A stretch of 64,000 nucleotides of DNA from assembly GCF_006345805.1 (NCBI RefSeq), contig NC_043000.1, positions 115,072,001 to 115,136,000 of the forward strand. The letters run 5' to 3'. The position numbers and the translations under genes are program-made. Below are positions 27,577-40,845 of this stretch, one piece after another. The stretch's first letter is position 1; every line of letters begins with the position of its first letter. The notes beneath the pieces are model-generated. The model was not told the origin of the DNA and did no database searches. It saw only the letters and a list, made by a program, of their open reading frames with translations. Source of the DNA: Octopus sinensis (Eukaryota).

Positions 27577-27915
27577 TAAGAGAAAAACCTCTATTAAGCA
27601 ATTCAATATTGAAATACGTTATTCACACCACATAGAAAAAATATACTATAAAAACCTTATTCTAAAAATCAATAAAGTACATAATAAATTGCATAGTCAA
27701 TTTACTACTATTTATTGTTTATGTACTTTATTGATTTTTAGAATAATGTTTTTTATAGTATATTTATTTTTTCTATATGGTGTGAATAACGTCTTTCACT
27801 AGTGAATTGCTTAACAGAGGGTTTTCTCTAAATTATTTACATATCATATATTGTGAAATTTGATTTAGAATTGCTAAGTTGAATTTTCTCCCTGTAAGTT
27901 TGGAATTATATTCCC
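27577..27915. repeat. AT-rich foldback (~110-bp arms) plus shared tail
   Basis: 27577-27690 is the reverse complement of ~27710-27830; the tail matches 30808-30875. Confidence 0.75.
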
Positions 27916-27927
27916 TACTATTATTAT

Positions 27928-27963
<36 letters not shown>

Positions 27964-28923
27964 CTGTTATGCAAAAGTGTCGTAAGTCCAAAACGTTGCT
28001 TTTTCAGTAAATGAAAAAATAGTTTCACCATTCTATAGCAAAACTTTTATACTATACTTAGACAGTTTTTGATATATTGGCAGCAGAAGATATGACAGTT
28101 TGACCAAAAGAACCAGCCATTGCAAGCAAACATAAATATTGAAAAAAATGCATTTGGCTAAATTTGGACATACGACAGTTTAGGATACTAGCAACGACAT
28201 ATATATAAAGGCACTCACTACACTCTTGGAGTGAATGACATTAGGAAGAGCATCCAACCTAGAAACCAACTCAAAATCAGACTGGAGCCTAGTACAGCAT
28301 TCTGGTTGACTAGTTCCAGTCAAACCATCTAACCCATGCCAGCATGGAAAATAGACATTAAATGATGATAGTGTCCATACAGTCATGGTAGGATTTGAAA
28401 GTTATTTATTAGAGTAACTTGCAACATGTTTCATATACATGTTGAATAAGAAACCAAGTTCATGTACAGTTTGGTGCAGTTCAATGTGGCTTCCCTTTTT
28501 TTTTTGCCCTACACACACATCTTATCAATATGAGTGAAGAATGACTTTATGGGCACAGAGTGTGTATGTGTGTACAAATGACATACATACATGCCAGCAA
28601 TATCTCACTCAATTTACACCCTAATATCTTAAGGACACATATCTAATCTGTATATATAGTATTCAATCCATCCAGCTGTAGAAACTCTGCCAGATCAAGA
28701 CTGGAGCCTGGTGCAGCCATCTGGTCCGCCAGCCCTCAGTCAAATCATCCAACCCATGCTAGCATGGAAAGCGGATGTTAAACGATGATGATGAATGTAT
28801 GAATAAAAGCCAGTATGGTGATATGAAATGTCTTTATAGGTCTACAGAGCCTTAATTGACCTTCGATTAAACATGCTAAAATGATGAAAAAAAAATAACA
28901 GACTGATATTTCTAGAAAAGAAT

Positions 28924-28929
28924 TTTATT
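28924..28929 (-). terminator. Candidate GSR polyadenylation signal (AATAAA)
   Basis: First AATAAA I noticed on the minus strand after the stop codon (~890 nt), in U-rich unique sequence. Confidence 0.45.
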
Positions 28930-29815
28930 ATAAAAATTATAAGTGCACTTGTTTTCCAGCTTGATAACAGACATTTTGAAAATTTTTAATAACAAAATCT
29001 GATAAAAAAAAAAAAAAATTCATTTATCCTAAAATGGAATAACTGTGAAAATCAACAATGAGAGATTTGGCCCTTAAAATCATATTGATTCATGATTTGC
29101 TTTTCCAGATTCCAATAATGCCAAATACCATTCTACAAGAAAATATTTCCAAATTTTCAAGTAGGGATATCAGAACCAGATGGTGGTGTTTGTTAGACCC
29201 ATTTCACAAGAGTTTTTCTTATCAGCACCTGCTTAATGCTCAATAATGCCCTACCCCCACAAAATACTGCATATGTATTCAGAAGAGAGAGGACAATGTC
29301 CAGAATCTTTACAGGTCCTTTCAGATTAACGATTAATGTGGTTTATATTTGGTTTGAAGTTTTAAAGAAAATACAGCAAATAAAAACAACACATCCAAAG
29401 AGATCTGCTAAATTATATATATAAAAAAAAAAAAAGGACAAACAGATCTTTTTTAGAATTCTTAGACATTCATAGATTCACTTAACAACATTCAGGTTAT
29501 TGACCATAACTGGAATTTATGGTAAATGAACTGAAGCAATATTAGATCTGAATAGTATTTGGTGGGGGCCCTTAATGCCTTTAGATTATGATCTCCAGTC
29601 TGATTTAGTCAGGGAGAATCTAGAAAGCAAATTATTTAAAGCTGCAATTTGAGAAACTTTAACAACCAAGTACCTTTACCTTAACTAGATGGATAGCTTA
29701 GAATATATATATATATATATATATATTCCACTGTCTTCTTCTGTGTGTGTAAAAATATAACTTATGGTCACACTAAACAGGATGTTGTGTAACCAATCTG
29801 AGTAAAGCTATGTTT

Positions 29816-29968
<153 letters not shown>

Positions 29969-30230
29969 TTAGGAGATATATTAAAGCATTACAAGATACA
30001 GGGATCAAAGTTCAATAGCTACACACAACACATATATAATCATTATGAAGTGTTGAGTAAAGCATTGGCATGGTGTGGGCTATCTGGTGTCTAATGCTGT
30101 GCAATTCCTGAAGTAGATCCAACAGAAATGTACCAAAACTGCAGATGACACCAGGTAGCCAAAACTGTGCCAGTGCTTTACTCAACACTTTAACACACTA
30201 ATCAATACATATAGCCATTAATCCAAAATA

Positions 30231-30447
30231 TTAACCCTTTCGATACCAACCCGGCTGAAACAGCCTCTGGCTCTGTAGTACAAATGTCTTGTTTTCGTAA
30301 GTTTTGAATTAAAATCTTCCCTCAAACCTTAGTCACAGTTTATGTTCCTAACACTTGCTTAATGATAACTAAGTTATTTGTTATATTTAAAATTAATTGA
30401 AAGAAACACAGAGCATCTCAAAATAAATACAGTAATGAAAGGGTTAA
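30231..30447. mobile_element. piggyBac-type MITE (TTAA-CCCTTT...AAAGGG-TTAA)
   Basis: TTAA target duplication and short TIRs; family members at 31742-31963, 54650-55415 and a relic at ~13652. Confidence 0.8.
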
Positions 30448-30579
30448 ATATATATAAGTTGGTCATTTTGGTGTGTGTTTGTGATGTGTTAGTAGTGATA
30501 TCCAGTGACCTGTTAGTATATTGGGGTGCCATAGCCTTGAGTGGATTTGGTAGATGGAAACTGGAAAGAGCCTCTCTCA

Positions 30580-30875
30580 TATAAATTAGAAAAAAACCCC
30601 ACCTTTTATCAATTCAATAATGAAAAAATTAAATTATACCATTTAGAAAAGTTACATCTTATAGAAAGATTGAATATAAGATAAAACATATACCAATGGT
30701 TAAGTAATTTATCTTATATTTAATCTTTCTAAATGGTATAATTTAATTTTTTCATTATTGAATTGATAAAAGGTGTTTTTTTTCTAATTTATATACATAT
30801 ATATATTATATTTTGTGAAATTTGATTTAGTATTTCTAAATAGAATTTTACCCTGTAAGTTTGGAATAATATTCT
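30580..30875. repeat. AT-rich foldback of the same family
   Basis: ataaattagaaaaaaa..ccttttatcaattcaataatgaaaaaattaaattataccatttagaaa and its reverse complement at 30727-30792. Confidence 0.75.
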
Positions 30876-31741
30876 CTCATATTATTATTATATATATATA
30901 TAGAAGACCCATCAAGCTGAGCAAAATCTCAGTCGTAATGGCACGTAAAAGCAGCCCAGTGTCACATAAATGGTAACCATGCAAGCAGCACGTAAAAGAA
31001 CCCATTACACTCTTGGAGTGGTTGGCATTCAGGAAGGGCGTCCTGCTATAGAAAACCATACCAAATCAGACTAGAGTATAGTGCAGCCTCCCATCATGGT
31101 CAAACTGTCCAACCCATGCCAGCATGGACAACAAATGTTAAAAGATGATAATATATATTGTTTTCTTTTATTTGTTTGTCATTTGACTGCGGCAATGCTG
31201 GAGCACCAGGTTTAGTCGAACAAATCAACCCCCAGGACTTATTCTTTGTAAGCCTAGTACTTATCATATTGGCTCTTTTGCTGAACCGCTAAGTTACAGG
31301 AGACTTAAACACACCAACATTGGTTGTTAAGTGATGGTGGCGAGGACAAACACGCACACACAAACATATACATATGCATGTATAGATGGAAACTGAAAGA
31401 ACCACGTTGTGTGTGTGTATATATATAGCTGGCTTTCGTGCCTGTGGCACATAAAAAGCACCAACTACACTCATCGAGTGGTTGGTGTTAGGAAGGGCAT
31501 CCAGCTGTAGAAACTTTGCCAGATCAGATTGGAGCGTGGTGCGGCCTTCTGGCTGGCCAGTCCACAGTCAATCCGTCCAACCCATGCCAGGAGGGCAAAC
31601 CAATATTAAACAACAATGATGATGTGAGTATTGAAGTAGAAACATGTTAATTCAGAAGATTGGTCATCGATTCTATGAGATTATCTCCCCTTCTCAGTTG
31701 GAGACGGCTGCAACTGTCGCTAGGTGTTTGCTTAGATTCTC

Positions 31742-31963
31742 TTAACCCTTTCGTTACTGTATTTATTTTGAGATGCTCTGTGTTTCTTTCAATTAATTTT
31801 AAATATAACAAAGAACTTAGTAAATAACTTAGTTATCATTCAGCGAGTGTTAGGAACATAAATTGTGGTTAAGGTTTAGTGGAAGATTTTTATTCAAAAC
31901 TTATAAGACATTTGTATTCAGAACTAGAGCCGGTTTCAGCCGGGTTGGTAACGAAAGGGTTAA
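31742..31963. mobile_element. piggyBac-type MITE, opposite orientation to the 30231 copy
   Basis: ttaaccctttcgttac...gtaacgaaagggttaa. Confidence 0.8.
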
Positions 31964-32316
31964 ACTAAAGATAGTTTCAATAAATCAAGAATTCGTTTTG
32001 TATGGTATTTAGTAGACCTTTCTTCACTTTTGTTATTCAGATTCATGCCTCTGGCCACTCAGTTATTTTTCTTGACTTTTATATAAAAGGCACAGATACG
32101 GCTGCGTGGTTGAGAAGTTGGCTTCCCAAGCATGCAGACTCAGGTTCAATCTCACTGTGTAGCACCTTGAACAAGTGTCTTCTATAGCCTTGGGCCAACC
32201 AAGTGAATTCAATAAGCAGGGACTGAAAGAAGCCTCTGTGTGTGTGTTGGTGATGTGAGGAAAAAACAGAATTAAGTTGAAACAAAGAAAATAGCAACAA
32301 TGAAATGTGTATTTAC

Positions 32317-32450
32317 CTTCTCTTCAGGTAAAAGACAAATTAACTTCATCATACATTTCTCTTTGTGTGTGGTGATAGCATAATACATTGGTGTGAAATT
32401 GGTCTGGTAGATCTTGATTTTGGATTTGCCATGGAGTTTCTCTGCCTCAG
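32317..32450 (-). CDS. GSR: GSR exon 12 (AEAEKLHGKSKIKIYQTNFTPMYYAITTHKEKCMMKLICLLPEEK)
   Basis: cag/gtaaat, 134 nt; FTPMY and KCxMKL motifs. Confidence 0.95.
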
Positions 32451-32890
32451 CTGGAATGAAGACGAAGAAGAGAACAACATTAGTGAAGGCAAACTTAGCA
32501 ACAACAGCTGTTCAAGAATTTGGACCTGGAGATCTCCATTTCTAGCGACTTCGAGTGCCACCTCCCTGTGGTGTCAAGCGTCGACAAAGAGCCCTCGACT
32601 ACAACAAGACGACCAAATTTTTTTTTTTTACCAAGGTCTGGGGTCTCCCGCCCCTAAGCCCTAGACTATCACCTAATCACCCTTACCTGTCTTGTTGCTT
32701 AACAACACCAGCAGCAACAACATACTCTATTATGTAACCACTTATGCATACACACACACACCACCACATACAGAGCCCGTTACATGTAAAAAACTACTAC
32801 AAAAAAAAAGTGTGAATAGAGAGAGAAGTGAAAAGATGGAAGGTGGGGAAGAGATTGAGAACAAAAACTAAGGAAAAGATGGGGAATAAA

Positions 32891-33279
32891 GTTCTATATT
32901 TAAGAGATGAGGAATTATGTACATTATTTAAATTTGACAGTTATCTGTCCTCATCTTGTTTGTTGTTAACACAACATTTTGTCTGATATACCCTCCAGCC
33001 TTCATCAGGTGTCTTGGGGAAATTTTGAACCTGGGTTCTCATTCCTAAGGTATTTTTCGATATTATTATTATGGCATAGTGGCTAAGAGTGCCGGCTACG
33101 AACCTCAAGATTTCGAGTTCAATTCCAGGCAGTGACCTGAATAATAATAACATTGAAAAATACCTTAGGAATGAGAACCCAGGTTCAAATTTCCCCAAGA
33201 CACCTGATGTAGACTGGAGAGTATATCAGCCAAAACATGTTAACAACAAACAAGATGAGGACAAATATCCGTCATTTGT
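32891..33279. mobile_element. Same family, copy B (tRNA head on plus strand, ACG anticodon-like loop), with probable target-site duplication
   Basis: Inverted arms around atggcatagtggctaagag..ggctacgaacc..gagttcaattcc. AAAGATGGGGAA occurs at 32875 and 33280. Confidence 0.8.
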
Positions 33280-33802
33280 AAAGATGGGGAAAACACAAGA
33301 AAAACTGAAGGACTGCTACAATAAGTGTGCGAATCTGAGAGGAGAATATGTTTAATAAAATCATAATTAACTCATCCTTTTGGGTTTTTTTTTTGACCCA
33401 AAACCAGCAACCCGTCATACAACATGAGAGAAAGGATAGCAAAAAGAAAAATGTATAAGAGACAGTGAGGTATGTATGTGCCAAGGTAAACCAATAAAAG
33501 TTAACAGTGGCATTGTGTTAATGTTAAGCTTCCAAACCACATGGTTTAGAGTTCAGTTTCCCTGTATGGCACTCTGGGCAAGTGTCTCCTAATATAGCCC
33601 CAGGCTGGCCAAAGCCTTGTGAATTGATTGTGTTATTTTGTCTTCACATAGTAGTTGTAAACAAGTGCCACCATTATGAAAGTGGTGTCCTTTGTTTCCA
33701 GTCATCTGTGAAACATATCTTATGGGGATAATACCTTAATTGGAAACAAGAGGGAGTTGGTGCAGGGGAGGTATCCAACCCCAGAAAATCTGCCCCAATG
33801 TA

Positions 33803-34398
33803 TACCTATTTCTTTACTACACACAAGGGGCTAAACACAGAGGGGACAAACAAGGACAGACATACGGATTAAGTCGATTACATCGACCCCCCAGTGCATA
33901 ACTGGTACTTAATTTATCGGCCCCGAAAAGATGAAAGGCAAAGTCAACCTCAGCGGAATTTGAACTCAGAGCGCAGCGGCAGACAAAATACCTATTTCTT
34001 TACTACACACAAGGGGCTAAACACAGAGAGGACAGACAAATGGATTAAGTCTATTATATTGACCCCAGTGCGTAACTGGTACTTAATTTATCAACCCTGA
34101 AAGGATGAAAGGCAAAATTGACTTCGGCGGAATTTGAACTCAGAACATAACGGCAGACGAAATACCTATTTCTTTACTACTCACAAGGGGCTAAACATAG
34201 AGGGGACAAACAAGGACAGACAAATGGATTAAGTCTATTATATTGACCCCAGTGCGTAACTGGTACTTAATTTATCAACCCCGAAAGGATGAAAGGCAAA
34301 ATTGACTTCGGCGGAATTTGAACTCAGAACATAATGGCAGACGAAATACCACTAAGCATTTTGCCCGGCGTGCTAACGGTTCTGCGAGCTCGCCGCCT
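33803..34398 (-). mobile_element. High-copy family 'GGCGGCGAGCTGGCAG' as a head plus three ~180-bp tandem bodies
   Basis: B-box-like gagttcaaattcc in each unit. Other copies at ~6654, 16571, 18410, 21330, 23489, 37570, 43912, 49590, 56150, 59640 and 61874. Confidence 0.85.
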
Positions 34399-34501
34399 AC
34401 CATCGAACCCATGATTACATGGAAAATTGGACATTAATATGATAAAGAAGAAGAAGTGAGATACGTTAAAGTAAACAAATTAAAAAAAAAAGTACACTGA
34501 C

Positions 34502-34633
34502 CTTGTGTCAATCCAACAGATCCAACTGGAGGATGGCTGAAAACAACTGATGGAATATCAGTGTAGTCCATCTTGGATTTTGCTTCATCATTAAAAAGCC
34601 GGTGAGCTAATCGACGTCCAGCTGCTATAGCCA
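34502..34633 (-). CDS. GSR: GSR exon 11 ([14 protein letters not shown]...[18 protein letters not shown])
   Basis: cag/gtcagt, 132 nt; ORF 34434-34646. Confidence 0.95.
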
Positions 34634-36106
34634 CTGTAATCAACACACAATATACAAATAATCAGCTTACAACATATACAAAATATGGTGATAGTAGTAG
34701 TGATAATAACAACAGATGCCAGTAAACCGACGTTACCTGCGTCACCTTACTGGCATTTGTGCTGGTGGCACGTGCAAAAACATTCGAGCGAGGTCGTTGC
34801 CACTGCCGCTAGATTGGCTCCTGTGCAGGTAGCACATAAAAAGCACCATTTGAGTGTGGCTGTTGCCAGTACCGCCTGACTGGCCTCCGTGCAGGTGGCA
34901 CATAAAAAGCACCCACTACACTCTTGGTTGGCGTTAGGAAGGGCATCCAGCTGTAGAAACTTTGCCAGATCAGATTTGGAGCCTGGTGCAGCCATCTGGT
35001 TCGCCAGTCCTCAGTCAAATCGTCCAACCCATGCCAGCCTGGAGAGCGGACATTAAACGATGATGATGCTGTAGTGGTGATGCAGTCTTATATACTGGCA
35101 CCCTGTCAGTTATGATGACAAGGGTTCCAAGCTGATCCAATCAACGGAACAATCTGCTCATAAGGCCAACGTGCAAATGGTTGAGCACTCCTCAGACACA
35201 TGTACCCTCAACACAGTTCTTAGGGAGATTTAGTGTGACACAAGATGTGACAAGGCTGGGCCTTAGAATATACAGTCTAAGACAGGAGTCAAACTAGAAA
35301 CCTTATTTCAAAACTAAAGGGAGTTTCATATCCTTGATTTTTGGATATATGATTTAATGAAACAGAGGTAAAACAATGTCTTTGCACCATGTACTACTGC
35401 TACGTGAGACTCCAAACGCCCTCGCTCATCTCAACAGTATACATTACTCTTTTATAAGAATTCGGGGAGTTCAACTTTTAATCCCAAGGGGTGTTACTGT
35501 CTATCACCACAACAGATAGTAACATCCTTATCCACTAAATTAAACCTTCATTTAGAAACAATTGTGTGGATGCATGTAGACATGAATAAGAAGATAAAAA
35601 CATCCATGGTCACTGTTCTGCTGAACTTTCTCCTCTTAATCGACTAACTCATTTGGGAACACAAGCCCGACTGACAACATTCTCACTAGAAATTAGGAGA
35701 GATAGTTGCTTATAATTACAAAGGTGTTGAGTTAGGATTTGCACTCCAGCCTTGTAAAACCGTCACCAGCAACAACTACCCAAACAGACCCATGGGTTGG
35801 AGGGCTGCCACTCAAGTGATGCAGAGGCATCGTCTGTCAGGAGTAGTAGAGAAACACCAACAAATGGGGGATGCACTGTTACTGCACATGCTCCTGTACT
35901 ACTACTATAAAATAAAATATTGATTGAGGCTGAAGACCAGGTATGTTGTCTCTGAGGAACAGTCAATAAATTGTGAAATTATCCACCAGGAAACTCCCCC
36001 ACTTCGTTTTTCTATATCAACAGCACACAAGGGATGCATTTACATTCTTCTTACTTCAACCACAGCTAGGCTTTATAATATTTAAAAGTAATAATTGCTT
36101 ATTTAC

Positions 36107-36218
36107 CTGGTGTTAACTGGAATTTTCCACAAACGTCTCCTAAGGCATAGATATGACTGACACTGGTATTTTGGTACTCATCAACGAAAATGTGGCCTTT
36201 GGTATCACATTTCACTCC
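36107..36218 (-). CDS. GSR: GSR exon 10 ([18 protein letters not shown]...[14 protein letters not shown])
   Basis: tag/gtaaat, 112 nt; VDEYQNT and GDV motifs. Confidence 0.95.
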
Positions 36219-37108
36219 CTAAAAACAAAAACACATCATCTGAACTAACTGCTAAGGTGTTCAATGATATTGGAAATTATAAGCAGCAATCTAAGAAAAA
36301 GAAAAGACTAATAAATACCAAGTGGAGACACAATGGCCCAGTGATTAGGGCAGCGAACTCTTGGTCGAAGGATCGCGGTTTTGATTCCCAGACTGGGCGT
36401 TGTGTGTGTTTATTGAACTAAAAAAACCTAAAGTTCCACGAGGCTCCAGCAGGGGGTGGTGGCAGCCCCTGTTGTACTCTTTCGCCCCAACTTTCTTTCA
36501 CTCTCTCTTCCTGTTTCTTGAGTAACGCTGCGATGGACGGGCATCCCGTCCAGCTGTGGGGAACAAATACGCCATAGAAACCGGGAAACCAGACCCATGA
36601 GCCTGGCAAGGCTTGAAAAGGGCGCATAAATAAAAAATAAAATAAATACCAAAGTTTAAGTACCAGAAGTGGAGCCTGCTGTTTGAAAACCTAACTCAGG
36701 AAGCACCTTTGATTCATTTTTTTTTCTCTTTCTTTACCAGACTGCATTTGAACTAGGAACTTTTATTTCTAAACTTATAATTGTGACAGTCTTATCTAGT
36801 TAATTAGATAGCATTTTTATTTACACTCTAAACTACAGAAAGATTTGGATTGGTCCTCAAAGCCAGTCCAGTTCAATTTTTGTTGAAGTTAGAGAAGTGA
36901 ATGAAGGGAGATAAATCTATCCTTGGTTCCTAGTTTGAATCCAATTTGGTCCCATGTACCTATACACGAACGAGATAGCTGATAAAATTCTTGGTAGAAA
37001 CTAACCAAAACAATATTGATGTAAATGTTTAAACAATATTTCATCTCAAAAATGAAGGCTAACAGTCTGCAAAACTGTAATTGTAATTTAGTAATATATT
37101 GTAATTAA

Positions 37109-37496
37109 GGCGCAGGAGTGGCTGTGTGGTAAGTAGCTTGCTAATCAACCACATGGTTCCGGGTTCAGTCCCACTGCGTGGCATCTTGGGCAAGTGTCTT
37201 CTGCTATAGCCCCGGGCCGACCAATGCCTTGTGAGTGGATTTGGTAGACGGAAACTGAAAGAAACCTGTCGTATATATGTATATATATATGTGTATGTTT
37301 GTGTGTGTGTGTGTGTGTGTGTTTGTCCTCCTAGCATTGCTTGACAACCGATGCTGGTGTGTTTACGTCCCCGTCACTTAGCGGTTCGGCAAAGAGACAG
37401 ATAGAATAAGTACTGGGCTTACAAAGAATAAGTCCCGGGGTCGATTTGCTCCAGCATGGCCGCAGTCAAAATGACTGAAACAAGTAAAAGAGTAAG
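37109..37496 (+). mobile_element. High-copy SINE family 'GGCGCAGGAGTGGCTG' with an internal (TA)/(GT) tract
   Basis: Near-identical copies at ~14283-14686(-), 41444-41840, 43152-43608, 45220-45622(-) and 57097-57782, plus many fragments. Confidence 0.85.
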
Positions 37497-38384
37497 TAAT
37501 ATATTTTCACAAAGATAATATTAAGAGAGAATTCCAAACTTTCCATTTTTTAAAATAATATTACCAATTCTTTTCTACTCTAGGTACAAGACCTGAAATT
37601 TTGGGGGAGGGGGCCAGTCGATTAGATCGACCCCAGCATGCAACTGGTACTTAATTTATCGAACTCCAAAAGGATGAAAGGCAAAGTCAACCTCAGTGGA
37701 ATTTGAACTCAATGTAAAGACAGACGAAATACCTATTTCTTTATTACCCACAAGGGGCTAAACACAGAGAGACAAACAAGGACAGACAAACGGATTAAGT
37801 CGATTACATCGACCCCAGTGCGTAACTGGTACTTAATTTATCGAACCCGAAAGGATGAAAGGCAAAGTCAACCTCAGCGGAATTTGAACTTAGAACGTAA
37901 CGGCAGACTAATTACCGCTAAGCATTTTGCCTGGTGTGCTGATCCTGCCAGCTCACTGCCTTTTAAAATTATATTACCTATTTTGCAGGCCTTGAAGAGA
38001 TCAGGTGGGTGCATAATAAAACTGATGCTATTTCGGTCAAGGGTTGAGTTTCATTGGCTTCTTTTAAAGCAAAGTGAGAAATACTTTACCATATTAGGTA
38101 AACTCCTTTACATACTCAAAAGTTCCTCAATACAGAAACTGCTTAGAGTTCTATTGACAGTCTAGGAAATCAAGAATTCTCCATATTAATTATACAGGAA
38201 ATTCAGCAGACAATTCAAGAAACCAGGACTTTACTTCAGTTTTTCAAATCAGAAATAGCTACATCATCATGGATACATTGTCTGCTCTGGCATGGATTTT
38301 ACAGCTGGATGCCCTTCCTAATGCCAACCACTTTACAGAGTGTACTGGGTACTTTTTACATGGCATCAGCACCAGTGCTTTATA

Positions 38385-38794
38385 CAGGGTGTTCAAAAAG
38401 TCTCTCCACAGTGAATGTTTTGGTGACCGGATTATTTTCAAGGGTCTTTGGCCACCAAAATCACCTGATTTAACACCGTCAGACTTATTTTTCTGGGGAG
38501 CAAGTAAAGGATCAGTGTACAAGAATCGCCCAAAAACCATTAATGAGCCAAAAGATGCAATCATAACCATCACACGGTCCATACTGCATCAAACTCTCCA
38601 AGTTGTATTTTGAAAAATATATAGAAGAGTCAACTTATGTATTAAAAATGATGGACAACACTTTCAACACCTCTTATAAAGTTTTTTTTAAAGTCTTGTA
38701 AAGTCTAATATATTCTTTTGTAGTCTTATACCATCTTTTAAATATTTATTTTGCCATAAAATACATACTGCGGAGAGACTTTTTGAACACCGTG
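38385..38794 (+). mobile_element. Internally deleted Tc1/mariner-superfamily transposon
   Basis: TA-flanked TIRs cagggtgttcaaaaagtctctccacagt / actgcggagagactttttgaacaccgtg. Encodes LWPPKSPDLTPSDLFFWG, a transposase catalytic C-terminal motif. Confidence 0.9.
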
Positions 38795-39279
38795 TATATG
38801 GAACCATCAAAGGTGCTTTTACATAGCACTGACACAGGCACTTTATATGTGGCACCGGCAAGGGTGTTTCAGACAATGTACCCATACAGATATGAATTTA
38901 TAGTGTTCACAGACAAGCAGAACACATGAAAATTTTTTAAATTCTAGTGACAATGTACTTGGTGTTTAAGGCAGTATGAGCACGTTATATGTGAGGATTC
39001 TACAAACAGATGTCAATTAATGTATGGATTATTTGTAGGATTAGCGAGATTAATGAGACAGAGAAAGCGGATTAATGATTCTTTTGATGCCTGCTTCTTT
39101 CCATCTGGATTTTATCCAGACAGACAGAAAGGATCAAATGAATCAAGGGTGAGGGTAAATTTAATTCCCAGTAAGCACCTCTCCCACCACACATACTGCA
39201 AACAATAACAATAAAAAACAAAAACATTGAAGAATATATTCCATGAACAACATTTAAAAATGTAAAAAAACAAACATAC

Positions 39280-39414
39280 AGTATTTTCAAGTCCAAGGTT
39301 TGAAATATTGGGAACACGGCCAATGGCCCACAAAAGACAGTCGACATCTGAGATGGTCCCTTGGTTAGAGCTCACTGTTAGCTGACCGTTGCTTTGCTTT
39401 TTCACTTCTTGCAC
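39280..39414 (-). CDS. GSR: GSR exon 9 (VQEVKK...DVDCLLWAIGRVPNISNLGLENT)
   Basis: cag/gtatgt, 135 nt; DCLLWAIGR motif. Confidence 0.95.
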
Positions 39415-39590
39415 CTGTAAAATTAGAATTTTGAAAGTGATGTACACCGTTTGCTACACACCTACATTAAAAACTTTTCGTAACACTAAAGAAACCTCTA
39501 TGTGGCAAAACCGCTTGCTAAAAACAATTCATAAAATTTATCTTCAAACCTTAAAAAAATTCAAGATACACAAGATGAAGTAACACTACA

Positions 39591-39674
39591 GTTCTATATT
39601 TAAAAGATGAGGAATTATGTACATTATTTACATTTGATGGATATTTATCCTCATCTGGTTTGTTGTTAACATAA
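39591..39674 (-). mobile_element. Tail-only copy of the same family
   Basis: gttctatatttaaaagatgaggaattatgtacatt...tgttgttaacataa. Confidence 0.7.
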
Positions 39675-40549
39675 AAACACAAGTCTGGGTAAAATCACCT
39701 GTCCTGCCAGCACTGAAGGTATTTTTATTCCACGCTGTAGTTTGATGTGTGATAGTTTAGTATCTAAACTAGTCAGCCTCACAAAGGCTATGATGAAAGA
39801 CCGAGACCTCTGGAGATATGCCATGACTTCGAAGACCCAACAAATGAAGTCAGTTCATGGCTTGCAGGATGGCCTGCTGTGCTAACCTTGGATCATAGAG
39901 TGACCCGCTGTTCTTGAGGAGACCTATTGAGTCAAGTACGTTAGCACCAACATCAAAATGAAAATCAAATGGAAATTGTAGTTAAGATACCCGTGCCAGT
40001 GACACGTTAAAAGCACCGTTCGAACGTGGCAGTTGCAAGCACCGCCTGACTGGCGCCAGTGTAGGTGACACATAAAAGCACTAACCAATCGTGGCTGTTT
40101 GCCAGCCTCGTTTGACCCCTGTGCCGGTGGCATGTAAAAAGCACCCACTACACTCACAGAGTGGTTGGCGTTAGGAAGAGCATCCAGCTGTAGAAACACT
40201 GCCAGATCAGACTGGAGCCTAGTGCAGCCTCCTGGCTTCCCAGACCCTGGTTGAACCGTCCAACCTATGCTAGCATGGAAAACGGACGTTAAACAGTGAT
40301 GATGATTATTTGGCCAGAATATTCTGCTTGTTTTATGTTCAAACTGGCCAGAGTCAACTTCTCACACACACCCTACAATGACATCCTAAAAGTAAACAAT
40401 CACATCATAAAAATCTCAAAGCTATGAGATAATGCCTGATTAATTCAAAGCAATACGAATTAATAAGGATTGCATTTGACAGTGTAACCTGTATCCTATC
40501 AGTCTTCTCAGTAAGATCATAGCTGGATATAAAATGTTCAAATACTCAC

Positions 40550-40636
40550 TTGTGTGTGTCTCTGAAGGTTGATTTCAGAATGTTCCAGGTTCTCTGTAAC
40601 TGCTGAGCTAATAGATTCATCAAATTGGCGTAGAAC
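40550..40636 (-). CDS. GSR: GSR exon 8 (VLRQFDESISSAVTENLEHSEINLQRHTQ)
   Basis: cag/gtgagt, 87 nt; VLRxFD motif. Confidence 0.93.
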
Positions 40637-40724
40637 CTGAAATTGTGACATGGGAAATTTATTAACTTCCTGTTACAAATACATTTTAATCAAACAGCAA
40701 TTAATCAAAATGTGTAGTGGTGAA

Positions 40725-40845
40725 TAGGTAGGTAGGTAGATAGATAGATGGGTAGATAGATAGGTAGGTAGATAGATAGATAAGTAGATAGATCGATAGG
40801 TACATAGGTAGGTAGATAAGTAGATAGATAGGTAGGTAGATAGAT
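40725..40845. repeat. (TAGA/TAGG)n microsatellite
   Basis: Directly visible. Confidence 0.9.

Noticed and set aside
32365-32664. 99-aa plus-strand ORF
   Set aside because: Antisense to GSR exon 12 and its flanking intron.
33071-33138. Functional tRNA-Arg(ACG) gene
   Set aside because: Cloverleaf is incomplete; it is the head of a repeat family. The same applies to tRNA-like heads at 337, 36332 and 46443.
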